64,000 nt of DNA, taken from the NCBI RefSeq assembly GCF_006345805.1, contig NC_043002.1:40176001-40240000 (forward strand), given 5' to 3'. A program made the translations under genes and the position numbers. Below are positions 53,085 through 64,000 of the stretch, piece by piece. Under the pieces are notes generated by a model, which saw nothing but the letters and a program-made list of their open reading frames with translations, was not told the origin of the DNA and made no database searches. This DNA is from Octopus sinensis (taxonomy: Eukaryota). The stretch's first letter is position 1; each line of letters begins with the position of its first letter.

Positions 53085-53561
53085 CTCGTCTGTATTGTCT
53101 TGAAATTGGCGTCCAGGAGTTGCATGCTCATCTTCACTGTTGTAGCCGCCGTTCATGGAATCATATTCAGAAGGTGGGGAGCCACTACCGGCCACTCCAA
53201 CCCCTACAGGGCCTGCTCCAGGCACTACACTCCCGCCAACTACAACGTGAGACGAAGATGATGTCGGAGGGTGATGACCCCCGCGAGGATCATGTCTATG
53301 TTTACGTACATTCCTATGTGGTGATGACCTGTGTCGTCTTTTGTTGTGGTTTGGGTTATTATCGTGTCCATCGTAAGAGCTGCCACCTGAATCCCGTTTA
53401 TCTTCGAAAGAAGTGGAAGCAGGAAGCCATCGGGTGGGAGAATTTCTAGAACGTCCCACTTTTTCGTGTCTAGATTCGTTTGAGGACGGGTGGTGGCTAT
53501 GGTCCGTATTCTCTGGATCATTCTTATCCTTTGTTGTCTTCTTCTTTGGAAGAATAGTCAT
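53085..53561 (-). CDS. OTUD5: OTUD5/DUBA coding exon 1 (start codon at 53561)
   Basis: Begins MTILPKKK as in vertebrate OTUD5; contains GGYNSEDE (human Ser177 CK2-site motif); GAG|GTAAGA donor, phase 0. Confidence 0.96.
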
Positions 53562-53689
53562 GCTTTAGAATTAGATAGACTCTTTACGTCCTTCTACAAA
53601 TTTAATTGGCACTTGATATATGTTGTGAGCTGATAGTGATCGCCCGTTCGATTCGCACTAGGCACTCTAATGGCAAACTGCCAGCGAAA

Positions 53690-53730
53690 CGAAGTAAACA
53701 TGGCGCCTGGACATTTGACGTCAGACAACG
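53690..53730 (-). promoter_or_regulatory. Putative OTUD5 core promoter region with YY1-like GCCATGTT and perfect CRE TGACGTCA
   Basis: aacatggcgcc at 53697-53707 and tgacgtca at 53716-53723, 140-160 nt upstream of the ATG in a locally CpG-richer segment; TSS not directly observable. Confidence 0.55.
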
Positions 53731-55404
53731 CAAACAGGAGAATTGACAAGGGAGATAATTAAGACACTGTCACACTACCTTTTTGTTTATAAGATTATTT
53801 CAGGTTTTGTGCATAGTAGCACTATCCACTTGCACTCATATACACGCGCTCTCTCTCTCTCTCTTGGAAAATACATACACACGCATACACTCTCTCTATA
53901 AATATATATATACACAAAATGTATATATGCTGTAGAAAAATCTAGCCTTGTCCCATATAATTCCCAAAAATTTACTCGACGTAACAAGATAAGAAGAGTG
54001 TGTATATACATATTTTTGTGTTTGTGTTTAATAGTCGCGACCACTCAGGGAGCCACACAGTATATATACACACACACACATAATACATATGTGAAACAAA
54101 GTAAAATTCATTGTCACAAACCGATACCAATATGTGCGCACGCGCGCGAGTACTTGAGATTTCTATTATTTATTTTCTAATTAACGTACGTTTTAAGCAA
54201 AAAATATCAGTCAGTAGCAGTTTAAACATTAGTAAAACATATGCTGAAACAGTGAGTCGTCAGTGTTGTTTTGTTTTCTATTTAATTACAGTGTGCGTTT
54301 TATAGACGAAATCCCACACCTGGTTACAGATAGTAGTTGGCTGGTATAAACAAAAGAGGCGTATGTTACGGGAGAAAAGTAGAACCGTATGTTTTAAACG
54401 TGTTTCTTGGTCCTTTTCTTTACTGTTGCAAGACCCAAACCGAAACTTTGCTATCTATAATATCTTCTTATGACATAACCCTAACATACATGCATAGATC
54501 TTTTTGTTTATATTTCAGATTTATGTCAACGGAGACCGTAACCTTCCAACTCAGGTGACTTTCGTTGTTTATTGTTTTGAAAAATAGATATTTACAAAAC
54601 AATAAGTGAAGTCCGTAAACTTTCTTCTATTTCTGGCCACGACCGTTCATCAAATTAATGAAAAATTAGTCTGATCACGCTGCTTTAGTTTCAAATGTCC
54701 ATGTTCTTTTAAAATTTCCCTCAAATGAATTATACATTTAATTGAATAGGTTACCATCAATTCGTTCAAGTACTCTCTGATGCAATAGCTTTGCCTATGT
54801 AAAAATTGGAAGCTTAGCATGTCTGGTATTTCTTTAATTTAAATAATGATTGTTTTTAGGACCCAAGTCAGCTGTCATCCAGCAAACCTATGATCGAAGG
54901 TATTACACCTGAGACCAGCCCGTCTTATTTTCGGATTACCTTGCTCAACGTGTCCCTCCTAGTTTTTTAAAACGGTAAGCTATTATTAAGGTTGCGATTT
55001 AGGAGTTGTTTAGCCCCAGGTCAACTCTGGTCAACCAGATCTATAAGAAGAATTATAGCTGTAACTATTCTGTCTTTTTCTTTTTAGACAGTTTATCTCA
55101 AATTACATTACCCAATGTTTTTTTTGTTTTGTTTTTTTTCTTAAGACAGTAGAATGTTATTTGAAAGATTTGATTGTTATTTCTGACAGGTCAAACGAGC
55201 CTATAGACGCTCTCTTGTTGGTGATATAATTGTTAGAAATATAGTCTAATTGAGATGATGAGGTACAGTTTCTTTATGGAGAAGATAAGCTTCAGCTGTG
55301 AGTCCATAAATCATTGGATTTTTTTTTTTAATGTTGACTACCTAGGATAATAACAACGGCAACTATTGGTACTCATCTCTTCCTGATGTCAGAACATAAG
55401 AAAG

Positions 55405-55493
55405 AACAAATGTTGCTTCAGAAAACTATCTTGTTGGTGTACCGGTACAAATCTAGTACACAAACAAGATAGTGTTCTGGAGCAACATTTGTT
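55405..55493. other. 89-nt near-perfect hairpin (38-bp stem, 13-nt loop)
   Basis: 55405-55442 pairs with 55456-55493: 35 Watson-Crick pairs, 1 G-U, 2 mismatches. Confidence 0.85.
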
Positions 55494-55999
55494 ACTCCTA
55501 TATCCAACCTACTCATACATTTGCAATTATCAACCTAAAAGACAATAATCAAGCTAGTCGCAGAAACCAACCAGCAAACTCCAACAACTACTAGAAAGTA
55601 CTAAAATCAGTGAGAAAAACTTGAATGAGGCAGTGTGTCAGAGTGTAGAAGAGAGAAGAGAGTGTAGGAAATGAACACAGAAAGAAAGATAGATTCAGGA
55701 TCATACCTGAAAATAGATTGTTGAACACTAAAAGGTTAAGATCAAATGAAACCACAGCTGATCAGAGAGAGGATTCGAAAGTTGAGTACCAATTAATGGA
55801 CTTTAGAATCAAATGGAGCTACAGAAAATATAAGAAACATTGAATAGAACAGAAGGGAACACAACAAACCAAAATGATGTTAAAACTATGAGACTGTTTA
55901 AGAAATGACAGAAACAAGAAGTAATTTGAATATGTTTGTCAAGGATAAGAATGAAAAGATTTTGTCAAAAGAAGAATAAGATGTATACTGGGTGAAGTA

Positions 56000-57433
56000 T
56001 GAGGGTAGGCTGACTATGAAGGAGTGATGCTAGAGCTGTGAAATCTTGCATGCATTTATTTCAACTATCCTTATTAATAACTTCATTATTTCTTTCTGGG
56101 TAGGCTGACATCTGACTGTTCAAAGAAGACTTCAAAAGTAGTAGCAACTTCTCTTGAAAATGGACAAAATTTGGCATCATAGTATTATCAAGTACTTGCA
56201 GAAAAAGGGTTTAGCCCCCAAGGACATTCATGCTAACATGGTTGCTACATTAGAGGATGACGCTCCAGCTTTATCAACTGTGCAAAAGTGGGCAGTTGAA
56301 TTTAGGAGGGGGAGGTAGAGTCTTGGAGATGACCCAAGGTCTGGACACCCTGCAACTGCCACCATCGAGGAAAACATTGATCATATTTACCACATGGTGA
56401 TGGATGACAGGCAATTGACTATAAATCAAATAGCCATTGCTGTTAGAATATCTTGTGAGAGAGTTGAGAATATTCTGCACAATGAACATGGCATGGCAAA
56501 GGTTTCTGCTCAGTGGGTGCCATGTTTTTTGACACCTTATCAAAAGCACTCCAAGCTGATCAAATCATGAGAAAATCTGACATTGTTTGAGGCAGATGCA
56601 GCTGCTTTCCTTGAATGTTTCCTTGGCCAGGATGAGTGTTAGCTTTATCACTTTCAGTCAGAGACAAAGAGACAATCCATGCAGTGGAAACACCTCCTTG
56701 TCTGCTCCAAAGAAGGCCATCTGCAGTGAAGGTAATGGCCTCAGTTCTGGGGGATGCAAAAGGCATTTGGTTATTTGACTATCTTCAAAAGTGCCACACC
56801 ATCAATGGAGAACACTATGCCAACTTGCCGAGGTTGTTATAAAGGGCTATCAAGACCAAACACCCAGGAAAACTGATGAAAGCGGTGGGGGTCTTGTTTC
56901 ATGAGGACACTGCTCCAGCACAGAAATCTTTGGTTCAGTGGCTGTTGCATGTGACTTGACTTTGAATTGGTTGATCACCCTGATATTTTAAATCTGGGTT
57001 TGTCACCATTAATGGGGGTGGCTGGATCTATCTCACTCCTAGCAACTGCTCTCACAAATTCTCGACATCTCGCCCGGTTTTGGGTGTCCTCCCTCCTCAA
57101 GCCAACCTTCCCAATCTCCTCTTCCAACTGTCCCCTCCACATTTTCTTTGGTCCCTATTCTCCTGATTTAGCCCCATCTGACTATCATCTACTCCCTAAC
57201 ATGAAAAAGCACATGGTTGGAAACCTGTGTTGCAATGATGATGATGATGTCATGTGTACTGTTGACTTTTTTTGACCAAGAGGATGAAAGCTTCTTCAAT
57301 TGGATCAAAGTACTGCAACACTGATGGAAGAAGTGTGTGGATCACAAGGGGGACTATATTGAAAAATCACTCTTATTTGATCATACTCCATGGGAGTATC
57401 TTGGTTAGCTTGGAACTTTTCAGCCAATCCTCA
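56000..57433 (+). mobile_element. mariner (DD34D-type) transposon, decayed
   Basis: TIRs TGAGGGTAGGCTGA / TCAGCCAATCCTCA; transposase remnants MDKIW.., WVPCFLT, QDEC.., HEDTAPA, YSPDLAPSDY. Confidence 0.9.
56982..57152 (-). mobile_element. LINE (RTE-like) 3'-end fragment inserted between DHP and PYSPDL of the mariner
   Basis: Reverse strand reads GPKKMWRGQLEEEIGKVGLRREDTQNRARCREFVRAVA..IDPATPINGDKPRFK; 171 bp. Confidence 0.65.
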
Positions 57434-59001
57434 TATACTGGTTGAAGTATTTCAGTGAAACTTTGAACCAATCAACACTAGCTTCATTATTCAATTTCAG
57501 TACCAACCTACCATCAGTTGATTTAGCAGTAAATTTTTGGCTTCTTACCATTTAAAACTGTGAAGACATTCAAATCAATAAAATATAACAAAGTTGCTGG
57601 ACTAGATCAAATTTCAGCTGAGTTGATGAACTTTGGTAGTGCAGCATTGTACAGAAGCTGAGTAGTTTTCAGAATGCAAAATGTACCCTGAAGACCAGGT
57701 GAGAGATGTGATCTTCAAACTAACAAAGAAGGGCAATATGGTAGCATGCAGTACCTGGATAGAGTAATTTTACTGTCAGACCCTGGAAAAGTGTTATGTG
57801 CTGACACCAGCACACTGGTGCACAAACAGACAAAAGGAATGCAGCTCCAATAACGGACAGTCAACATCCATTGACAAGGTTGCAAAAGCAATGAATATTT
57901 TGGAAGAAAAAATATATAAATAACAAATGAGTAGAAACTGTACCGGTATGTTACATATTAAGGCAGTACAACTCTCCCCAGACACAACAAAATTTGCTTC
58001 AATACACAAATTCACATAAAAAAAATCTTGCAAACCAGATACAAAATCAAAGCGGACAAGTAATTATATGAATAGAACAATTTGGCTTTAGTAGAGGAAG
58101 GAAAAATCAAGCTGTAAGCTTGATTTTCATTGACTAGCATTGAGAATATCATCACCCTTTGTCTCTCAACTTCAATGACTTCAAGAAGATATTTAACAAT
58201 GCGCATTGTGTGTCACCCTGGAACAGCTTGCTATCACATGATAGATTTATATATGTCAGTATCTTCAGAAACATCTACCTAAATTCAAGTTGTAAGATGA
58301 ATACAAGCACAGCTGACTTCTTCAATATTGTTGCTGGTTGTGACAGGGTTATGTCTTATTTCCACTGTTGCATCTTTTTACATTAAACTTTATCAAGAGG
58401 AAATTAACCTGGTGAGCTTGGACATTGCCTGGCAGATCTGGACTTTGTTAGTGACATTGCACTGCTTTCAAAAAACAACAATGAGCTACAGTCAATGAGA
58501 AGCAACTTGGAACAAGCTAGTGGAAAAGTTTGACCAAGTAGGGAAAAGACCAAATTTTTGAAAGAAAATGCACAGACGTATATGGCTCAACAGTCAGTTG
58601 AACAAAACCAACGATTCATATATCTTAACAGAATTTTGACTCATGTTGGAGATGCTGAAGTTGGAAAGCATCAAACATGTTTAAGAAAATGCACCCAGTT
58701 TGGTCAACAGCAACTCTTGATACTGTGAACAAATTTCTATACAACTATTGTCCTTCCCACAGCCATCTCTCCCAAGAAGACCTGGAAAGTCATGGCTAAA
58801 ATATGAGAAAGAGATGAACATTAACTGAAATTCAGGTACTTGTACATTAGTATAAATGATATCAGTTTATTAATACAGTACTGTGCAGGTACCAGTAAAC
58901 TAGTCTAGTAGCTGTGGGAATTTGAAGTGCATGCTTGTAAGTTAGTGCAGATTATAACAGGTTCCATACTATCAGTGTCCAGAAGGTCAGAATCAGAATA
59001 A

Positions 59002-59232
59002 GGAGGTAAGCTGGCAGAAACGTTAGCACACCAGGCGAAATGCCTAGTGGTATTTTGTCTGCCGTTACGTTCTGAGTTCAAATTCTGCTGAGGTCGACTT
59101 TGCCTTTCATCCTTTCAGGGTCGATAAATTAAGTACCAGTTATGCACTGGGGTCAATCTAATCGACTAAATCCCTTTGTCTGGTCTTGTTTGTCCCCTCT
59201 ATGTTTAGCTCCTTGTGGGCAATAAAGAAATA
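59002..59232 (+). mobile_element. tRNA-derived SINE (second family; diverged copy 61605-61860)
   Basis: gagctggcagaaacgttagcac...gagttcaaattc (B-box)...tcgataaattaagtaccagtt. Confidence 0.8.
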
Positions 59233-60149
59233 AAATAAGATCAGAATCATTGTACTTGTCTGAAATAGTTAAGCAATATCTCACATATGGATATGATGCT
59301 AATCTATTACTAGTTTCATTCATGGAAGCATTTGAACTCAGCAAGGCAAGTTAACAAAGCATTTGACAATAGTACAGTGCTGTTGTTGCTTAAGTGGTAG
59401 GTTAAGGGAATCAGAGCATTGGACAAATTATCTGCAGTACTTAGCTGTAACTCTTTATGTTCTGTGTTCAAATCCTGTCATCATTAACTTTGGCCTTCAT
59501 CCTTCCAAGATCAATAAAATATGAATTAAAGTAGATTTAATTTTATTAAATAGCATTCCAAATAGAAATAACAGCTTTAAATTTTGGCACAAAGCTAGCA
59601 ATTATGAGGGAGTAGGGAGGTTGATTACATCGCCCCTAGTGTTATTTTATCAATCCCAAAAGGATGACTGGCAAAGTCAACCTCTGACAAAATGCTTAGC
59701 ATACTAACAATTCTGCTAGATTGCTGCCTTATATATAAATGGAAATAATAAAAGACTCTCAGCAGTGAGCTGTACCTAATCATTTTCCTTGTATGATGAG
59801 TCTCTTAAGTCCCCATGTGGTTTTTAAAGATTGATGCTGTGCTCTAATTTCTTGTCATTAATCAGAGGAAAGATAGCTCAGTTTCCTGAATAGAACCAGA
59901 ACCAATCTATGTGAAAAAAAAAATACAAGAGTTTATAGTAACATTTTCAGAGATTCTGAGGTCTATTCTCTACAGTTGGGTAAATTAAAGTGCATAGAAT
60001 CAAATGTAGAGTCCAAATAACAAAATGCATACAACATATATGTACTCAAGATATGTGGAAGAGTAGTCTAATACATCATTTCACTTCTGCTGGGAGTTCA
60101 TTTGTAGTGAGGTAGACTGAAACAGAGGAGAGTTAAATGGACATAGCAC

Positions 60150-60510
60150 TCATCATCATCATCCTTGTTTAACGTCCGCTTTCCATGCTAGCATGGGTTG
60201 GACAATTTGACTGAGGACTGGCGAACCAGATAGCTGCACCAAGCTTCAATCTGATCTGGCAGAGTTTCTACAGCTCGATGCCCTTCCTAATGCCAACTAC
60301 TCCAAGAGTGCTTTTACGTGCCACAGGCACAAGGGCCAATCAGGCAGTACTGGCAACAGCCATGCTCAAATGGTGTTTTTTACATGCCACCTGCACAGGA
60401 GCCAGTCCAGCAGTACTGGCAACAACCTTGCTCAAATGTTTTTTCACGTGTCACCAGTACAAGTGTCAGTAAGGTGACACTGGTAACAATCACGCTTGAG
60501 TGGTGCTTTT
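60150..60510 (-). mobile_element. RTE-tail copy with tandem units
   Basis: catcatcatcatccttgtttaacgtccgctttccatgctagcatggg... same family as 14335 and 41275. Confidence 0.85.
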
Positions 60511-61039
60511 GCAATACAATGAATTATTGTCTTTCAACTCATTGGATGATATTGCATCAGCTCAACCATTTGTAGAAAAACTGTTCCCGCATATATAATG
60601 TTTTTTATCATACTCTATACCATATTAGAATTGAAATAGCTTTAATCAGTCAGTAAAGAAGCCTTTACAGGGTTGACCATCCTACTAGAAATAGCAACCA
60701 AATCTCCTTCAAATTACTCCCTGTCATGTTAAGTAAAGTCACTGAATAATGTGATCACAGACACACTGTTTGAAAAATATGTGATGATCATGGCTGGAAT
60801 CCCATTGAGTTTAAGGCTGAACTAGGGAAAGATAGCAACAACAACAAAACTGTTTTTGTACACACATTCTCTCTCTCTCCCTCTCTCTCTCCCTTTCTCT
60901 CCTTCTCTCTCTCTCTCCAGCTGTGAAAGCCATGTATTCTCTTCAGCAAAACACCTGTTCCCATCCCTCTATCATACATTTGCATCCCTCAAAACTATAT
61001 CCCATTCAGTTGAAGGATCTTGCCTTGTAAGTGTTTGGT

Positions 61040-61275
61040 GATGTCACTAGTGCTGGTACTGCATAAAAAGTATCTAGTACAATCTTTAAAGTGATTGATG
61101 TTAAGAAGGGCATCCAGCTGTAGAAACCATACCATAATAGACATAGGAGCTCAATGCAATCCTTTACCTTGTCGATTCCTGTTAAACCATCTAACCCATG
61201 CCAGTACTGAGAAAAGAAGACATTGAATGATGATGATGGTGTTGATAATGATGACAATGATGATGATGACAGCGA
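61040..61275 (+). mobile_element. RTE-tail/SINE copy
   Basis: gaagggcatccagctgtagaaacc...aacccatgccag...gatgatgatg. Confidence 0.7.
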
Positions 61276-61674
61276 CGAGACCACTTTAGATCTCTTTGAT
61301 TTTAATCCACTAATTTTAATCCAGCTACTCTCAAAATATTGTCACAATTCATCTTTCAGCTTCTCTCCTTCCTAAAATCTTGTGTTAATCTATATACTAC
61401 TCCCTTAGAACTTCTTCCTTATTTGATTTTTCTTCTCAACAATTGGGATGGGAAAAAATAAATATGTGGATCATTCTCAGCTAATCCCTTCATCACTTTG
61501 CTCCAGATGGTCCTCAACTGGTTATAAGTTCAATCCTAGCAATGACTTGATGAATAAAACACTGATGCACAAGTTTGAATGGTATGTTAATGTTATTGTT
61601 AATACAGTGAACCGGCAGAATTGTTAGCACACCAAACAAAATGCTTATAGCATTTTGTCCATATTTATGTGCTG

Positions 61675-61748
61675 AGCTCAACTTCATCATTCATCCACTA
61701 AGCTCAACTTCATCATTCATCCACTAAGCTCAACTTCATCATTCATCC
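61675..61748. repeat. 26-bp tandem repeat, about 2.8 copies, inside a SINE
   Basis: agctcaacttcatcattcatccacta x2 plus a partial third copy. Confidence 0.9.
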
Positions 61749-61984
61749 CTTCAGAGTCAATAAAATAAGTACCAGTTGTGCAGTGGGATCAATGTAGTTC
61801 CCTAATCTCTCTCCTCTCTTGCCAAATTTCAGGCCTTATGCCTTTAGTAGAAAGAAATATCAATGTTGTTGTTTAGCTCCAACAAGGCAGCTCTAATCAA
61901 GCCATTCATGTTTTCTTTTATCAGATATAATGTACTCTTGTGTTTTTTTGTTTTTATTTTTAGGCTGAAGAGTCCTATTTTTGG

Positions 61985-62288
61985 AAGATTTAATTGCTCC
62001 CACATGGTTCCACGTTCAGTCCCACTTCATGACACTTGAGCAAGTGTCTTCCATTATAGCCTCAAGCCAACTTAAGCCTTGTGAGTGGATTTGGTAGACA
62101 GAAACTGAAAGAAGCTCATCGTATATGTGAGATTAAACAGCCGAAATTACTAAGATGATCCGGTTCCCGCTGAAGATTAGAGGCTTCGAGTGACCCGTCT
62201 GTTTTTTTGTGTCGTCTCTTTGTGTGTTTTTGCGTTCTTGTCCCACTTTGTAATTTATATTTTATATTTAATTTCTATACATATATAT

Positions 62289-62322
<34 letters not shown>

Positions 62323-62421
62323 CATATTAGAGAGAAACCACTATGTGGACACCCTTATGCTAGAAATAGATTCGTTATGGTCTTACCACTAATAATATCT
62401 AATTTCTCACCCTCATTTTAA

Positions 62422-62490
<69 letters not shown>

Positions 62491-62690
62491 CATCTATGTG
62501 TGTGTGTCTTCGTGTCTGTGTTTGTTCCCTCACCACTACTTGACAACTGGTGTTGGTGTGTTTACATTCCTGTAACTTAGTGGTTCAGCAAAAAGAGACC
62601 ACTAGAATAAGTACCAGGCTTAACAAAAAATTTCTTCAAGGTGGTACCCCAGCATGGCTGCAGTCTAATGACTAAAACAAGAAAAGGTAA
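61985..62690 (+). mobile_element. tRNA-derived SINE whose central (TA)n carries two extra inserts
   Basis: Head ccacatggttccacgttcagtccc...gtgagtggatttggtagacagaaactgaaagaag; tail gtgtttgttccc...ggtaccccagcatggctgcag. Confidence 0.8.
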
Positions 62691-64000
62691 AAGATTAAAA
62701 AAATAATTATGGAAAGGCTCTCTTGTTGGTTTATTGGGCTTATGAATTTATACATCTGGTATACAGCCTGTAAGTTCACATTGCCCTGTTACATGATTGT
62801 GCTTCGTTCCATCACCCTATTCATCCAACATAACCAACCACCTACAACTTGTTATCAAATACATGTTTTAAACATGTATTTGTAAGATTGATAGCTTAGA
62901 TGTCCACTCTTATCTCTGATATTTCAGAAACTAATGAAGATCTGGAGTGAAAATCTTTTTAGAATTTATAACAAAACTAAGTACATTTTTTCCCTTTTTT
63001 TTCTTTTTATTTTAATTTTTGGATATTAAGTTCACAGCCCAGCTCTATTGAAGAAGTCATGTGTTAACTGGTTCACAAGTTGTATGAGAAAATAAAAATC
63101 AATTATATGAAGAGTAAAATTCAATAGATATGTGATTACACAATATACATATGTATATTAACATAACAATATCATTTCTTCCTGTTGACATAAAATACAT
63201 TAAAAAAAATTACTATATATGAAGAGAAAAACTTCCTCTTAATTTTCATATGTTAACTTATTGGTTAATATTGGGTAAAACATTTCTTTCAATTCTACAA
63301 CTAAGTAGGAATGGGAAGCACATTAAAACATCAAATCTAGTGAACTTATTTCCATTTTTGAGATATTTAAACCCATTTTATTGATATGTTAAATCAATAT
63401 CTTACTGAAGATATAAAGAAGAGACATATTGCACAGCTGAAGTTAGAGGTATGAACTAAATTCAGGAAATATCTTAATTTAGAGGAGGTTTTAATTTTTA
63501 ACACATGAACTTTTCATTATTGTAACAAGACAGCAATTATTGATTTTTCATTTGGAGTGCAATGGTACAATATTGTTAAATACAGCTTTGACTCTGAATT
63601 GATTTGCATTTTAAATAGATTACTTATTATATTAATAGCTTTGAGAAACCTTAAACAGCATAACTTTTCACTCATAATTGTAAGGCTTAGTTCTTAGTAA
63701 CTGTTTTTACTGTTTGCATTCATGGCTACAATTGGAGTGGGAGTGAAGGATTAGAATAATATTTTATTCCTCTCAGCCTTTAATCTGAACAGAAGGATCA
63801 GTACTCATAGAAAGGGAAAGTTGGGATTAATGCAATAATTATTCAATGATTTGGTCAAGTGGAAGGGGCTATAACCATGTCTTTTTCGAATCCTCTAAAA
63901 CTGGAAATATCAATGTAGTTGATGTTCTTGAACAATAAAAAATTGATGGCTGCAGAAAAAAAATGAACAAGGTATGAATTACATAGAGTTGACATTCTGT

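Larger units (their letters stand above)
55590..58860 (+). mobile_element. Decayed RTE-type LINE ORF2, interrupted by a mariner
   Basis: DVYWVKYFSETLN reading across the mariner site; LNFNDFKK, FNIVAG..QGYVLFPLL and LDFVSDIALLS RT motifs at 58160-58470. Confidence 0.7.

Noticed and set aside
53120-53521. Overlapping ORFs 53120-53449 (+) and 53240-53521 (-)
   Set aside because: Alternative or antisense frames of the GC-richer OTUD5 exon 1; no independent support.
61675-61748. Short direct repeats here and in the RTE tails that superficially resemble CRISPR
   Set aside because: Head-to-tail with no unique spacers, no cas genes, eukaryotic context.
41845-62392. Many Y/I/C/V/H/T-rich ORFs (e.g. 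42086-42413, 43729-43935, 50632-50919, 62207-62392)
   Set aside because: Translations of (TA)n, (CA)n and (TG)n microsatellites.

Overview
AT-rich animal genomic DNA, most likely from an octopus/coleoid cephalopod (inferred from repeat families and gene architecture, not verified by a search). Two protein-coding genes lie tail-to-tail. (1) The last four coding exons of IPPK (inositol-pentakisphosphate 2-kinase) are on +, ending at TGA 7468-7470. (2) A complete 10-exon OTUD5/DUBA deubiquitinase is on - (ATG 53561 to TAA 13261; hand-assembled CDS 1752 nt = 583 aa, all GT-AG, phases consistent). It has an intact OTU D/C/H triad, the GYNSEDE phospho-motif, a C-terminal UIM-like motif and a 26-Q tract. 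Introns and the upstream region are filled with decayed, often nested TEs: RTE LINEs with (GAT)n tails, CR1/L2-like LINEs, tRNA-derived SINEs, piggyBac, Tc1 DD34E, mariner, a Chapaev3-like element, a Helitron helicase remnant and MITEs. The most notable unexplained features are a type I hammerhead-ribozyme-like motif inside a fold-back insert in a (TA)n tract, a pre-miRNA-shaped hairpin upstream of OTUD5, a candidate poison/alternative-terminal exon, a mariner flanked by a 16-bp TA-to-TA duplication, and a self-inserted LINE tail forming a ~186-bp intronic duplex. No prokaryotic features, CRISPR, rRNA or bona fide tRNA genes were seen.
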